This document shows positions 61,088-64,000 of a DNA stretch of 64,000 nt, piece by piece; positions within the stretch are counted from its first letter, which is position 1, and each line of letters starts with the position of its first letter. The notes beneath the pieces are model-generated. The model made no database searches, had not been told where the DNA came from, and worked only from the letters and a program-made list of their open reading frames with translations. The position numbers and the translations under genes are program-made. This stretch comes from Trichosphaerium sp. ATCC 40318 (taxonomy: Eukaryota > Protista > Tubulinea): assembly GCA_038496445.1 (NCBI GenBank), contig JALMLS010000062.1, positions 186,001-250,000 on the forward strand, written 5' to 3'.

Positions 61088-63047
61088 ATGAGCATGTACA
61101 AGTGGGAAGACTTTGTAGCTAAGAACTACGCCGAGCAAGGGAAAGGTAGTGTTATTTTAGTGTTATTTAGAGTCTAATGCCTTTCTAGCGTTTCTAAACG
61201 CTTACTGGGATCAAGTTGGAGGTATGCGAGGCCGTGGTCTTTTGATGATTGTTTTTCTAGACGAAAAAAAGTTTCACGTGACGTGAAGTGGTTCTCACGT
61301 GTTTTTTTTATTGTTTAGATACCGCAGAGGATGTTTGGAACTGGGCGCTTAAGTTTGCGGAGCTAGACCTTGACAAGGCAGAGCAGGGTAGTGACCTCGA
61401 CGAATTCGGTGCTCATAGATTCCTTGAGAGCATAGGTACCCTTTTTACAGCACCTCTTTTAGTTTAACATCGTTGTCGTCTAGGCGAGACAAAAACCGTC
61501 AAAGAAATGAGGCAACAATTGGTTGAAACCGATCTTGACTTTAACAAGCGTATGCTACTTCTCACGGATATAAAATGCGTTACTAACATCACTAAGGCAT
61601 TGCTTTACTTGAATATTGCTTGTGGAAGAACCAAAAGTCGATCAAAGAGTTTTGCTCCAAGCCACAGGCAAGTGGATACGTTTAAAGTATTTGTTTTAAC
61701 GTAAATATAACAGGGTGATCCAACTGAAGTTGAGAAAGCCCAAAAACTCCTTGAAGAGGTACAAGCAGCCTTGAAGGACTCTAAGGAAAAGGCTCAAGCA
61801 GCACGTGAAGCTGATACAGCCGCTACAAAAGCTGCAAAGGAGGCAAAAGACAGAGAAGCTGACGCCAAGGTTCGTTTTATTTACCGTTCTAACACATTGT
61901 TAATTGGTTATCTTGTAGGCTAAAAAGGAAGCTTCCCTTGCTGCCGCCGCTGAAGCAAAAGAAAAAGAAGCACAAGCAGCAGCTGACGCCGCTGAAGCTA
62001 AAGCAAATGCCGAATCTGCAGCCGCTGACGCAGCAGTAGCAAAAGCCGCTGCCGATGAATTGAGGTACCACGCCTTTTGTTTTACTCTTTTCGTAACTAT
62101 TAAACCAGAGCTGCTCTTGCTGATCTCAAGGCACAAGAAGATGCATACAATAACAAGACCGAAGATTTGAAGAAAAAGGTACCTTCGAGCGTGAACTGCA
62201 AGTTTTATTTTTTTCCTCACGTGATTTTTAAAGAGTGAAACTGGAGGTGTTGTATCAAGAAACAGAGCAAAGAACGAACTTGCTCAAGTGCGGTTAATTT
62301 TTTTGAACGTCCTTCTCGTTTAATTCATACCCTTTTTAGCATCTAGAAGAAGATCCTCTTCCACTCCGTACAGCTAAACTCACAACTGAAGCTGCCACTC
62401 GTAAAGCAGAAAAGGTACCAAAAAAAGCAACAAGGTTTTTGTTTGACAATGTCACTAGACACAAGCTGCTGCTGATGCTTCACACGCTGAAGCTGCCCGT
62501 ACTCAAAAGGAAGCTGATGAATCTCATGCAGCTGCAGTACAATCTCGAAAAGAAGCTGATGAAGCCGCAGCTCAAGCTTCTGCTGCTGCAGATGCTGGTA
62601 AGTAAAGTTGATCCGTGTAGTCTGAAAGTAATTGTGCAATAGCAACCCAAGCCAGAGAAGCCGCCGAAGCTGCCGCTGACGCTGCAAAAGCAGCCAGAGC
62701 TGAAGCTGACGCTGCAGTGGATGCTTGCTTAGCTAAATTTGCTGAAGCTGAGGTATGTTTTGTAAAGTTTGTTAGTTTTAGTGACTCTTTTTTTAAGGCC
62801 GCCCTTGAAGAAGTGAAGAAGAACGCTGTTCAAAAAGGTCACGTTTGGTGGTATGTATCCTAATATCTTTCTATTATTATTTTAGTGAGTACGCATTGAT
62901 TAAAATTCCTACTAGGGTTGAGAGAGAACTCCACGAAGCCAAAAAGTAAGTTATCATACTTTTTGATTTTTTGCTACTCGAGAAATTTCGCATAACTTTT
63001 TCTACAGGTACATGCCAATGAAAAAGGGAGGTATTGCTAAGAAATAG
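61088..63047 (+). CDS. EF-hand-like + Ala/Lys/Glu-rich coiled-coil ('TolA-like') protein
   Basis: FLNAYWDQ, LDEFGAHRFLE, ETDLDFNK, SETGGVVSRNRAKNELAQ, EDPLPLR.AK, WW.ERELHEAKKYMP; about 14 introns. Confidence 0.8.
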
Positions 63048-63352
63048 AGAAATTGGTAGATATGATACCAAGACATGGATAGAAAGCGTACTAAATACCA
63101 AAATAATAAACAACCGAAAGTAGCAGTAGCTCTTTACAACCAACACTTATCTTTAAAATATGTTGAGCCAAACTTGCACTTATGATCGCGCCTACCCATG
63201 GCCAACGCGTGACTTGACAAGGTTCCTTTGGCATACAAGTTCAGAGAATGCAATGTATATATCACGTGCTTAGTACCAAGCTCTTTTGGTGAGCTACGGC
63301 TTGCTTGTGTAGTGTATGATTTGCATACTTTCACATCTAAATAAAAATGGAA

Positions 63353-63427
63353 CGCTTCTGGTAGGGATCGAACCTACGACCTCACGATTAACAGTCGTGC
63401 GCTCTAAACCAACTGAGCTACAGAAGC
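63353..63427 (-). tRNA. tRNA-Asn(GTT)
   Basis: Same sequence as the other two; partly conserved upstream GGTGGCT...ATCATAT.CAA. Confidence 0.97.
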
Positions 63428-64000
63428 TTGAATATGATATAAACGGCGTAGCGTGCAGCCACCGAAAACGCGTTGCTTTGTGTAACTTTTTTTGCAATGT
63501 CAAGATTGTTCACAACATGAGAATTTTGAATGACTTTTTTTGTTTTTACATTGGTCACGTGTTTGTTCATTCGAGGTTATCGAATAAAGGAGTTCCAAGC
63601 TTTCTCAATCTCCATCTTTCATATAAAGTATGCTTTGCGCTTTCTCTTGAGCATACCATTTTGTGATAGGTGTTCAAGTATGGATACTTTTCAATGGTAA
63701 ATCCATGGGAAACTAAAAAGCATAAAAGAGGGTGGAATGCGCAACACTGCACTTGTTCATGTATTCATTTACACGAAAAGCTCAGTGAAAACAAGTATTA
63801 TATAATAGCCTGAAAACTCATGTCTTTGAAGAGGCGTCATCCGTTGCAGTAGTAGAAATCTTGTTGATTGTGTAGTATAATTTGGGTGTTTACTAGCAAC
63901 GGACATCTGTTTGATAAATGCAAAATGACTTGATGTTGTACCTAGTATTCAAGTTTACTAATATTTTCTAGAAAGTGAGTTTCTAGCACTGTTAGCAGAT

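Noticed and set aside
31609-63666. ORFs containing LLVGIEPTTSRLTVVRS (31609, 34048, 63316)
   Set aside because: Translations of the antisense strand of tRNA-Asn genes.
1-64000. Stop-codon reassignment (TAA/TAG = Gln)
   Set aside because: Intact genes (MORN, LPMO-like exon, UTP25, COMT) have long stop-free exons and end in TAA, TAG or TGA; in-frame stops are confined to decayed regions.
1-64000. CRISPR array, autonomous transposon or integrated virus
   Set aside because: No repeat-spacer array, and no transposase, reverse transcriptase, integrase or capsid ORF recognised.

Overview
AT-rich (roughly 35-37% GC by eye), intron-dense eukaryotic DNA with short GT-AG introns (mostly about 40-60 nt, many donors GTAC(GT)) and the standard genetic code. 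Gene content suggests a free-living protist, probably an amoebozoan (inference). The window holds six members (one partial) of a Pro/Thr-linker type I membrane glycoprotein family showing mosaic exchange. Other genes: a GHL15-like hydrolase, a frameshifted FG-GAP-like repeat gene, PC4, a Rad60/Esc2/NIP45-like SUMO-like-domain gene, ARM-BTB, two F-box/MORN genes, a Kelch-RCC1-PARP-like gene, a Reeler/LPMO-like gene, a COMT gene plus pseudogene, UTP25, two further F-box genes and an EF-hand 'TolA-like' gene. There are also three tRNA-Asn genes, a tRNA-Ser 3' fragment, several pseudogenes and three inverted duplications. Best novelty candidates: (1) three copies of a ~70-78 nt Pol III-like small RNA gene with a covarying three-way-junction scaffold, a C(UUCG)G hairpin and a hypervariable loop; (2) an apparent polyprotein in which an internal signal peptide would expose a His1 LPMO-like domain behind a Reeler domain; (3) a strong excess of CACGTG, positionally conserved inside orthologous introns; (4) a PC4 protein with a mitochondrial-presequence-like N-terminus. 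Gene models were spliced by eye, so exon boundaries and some starts are approximate.
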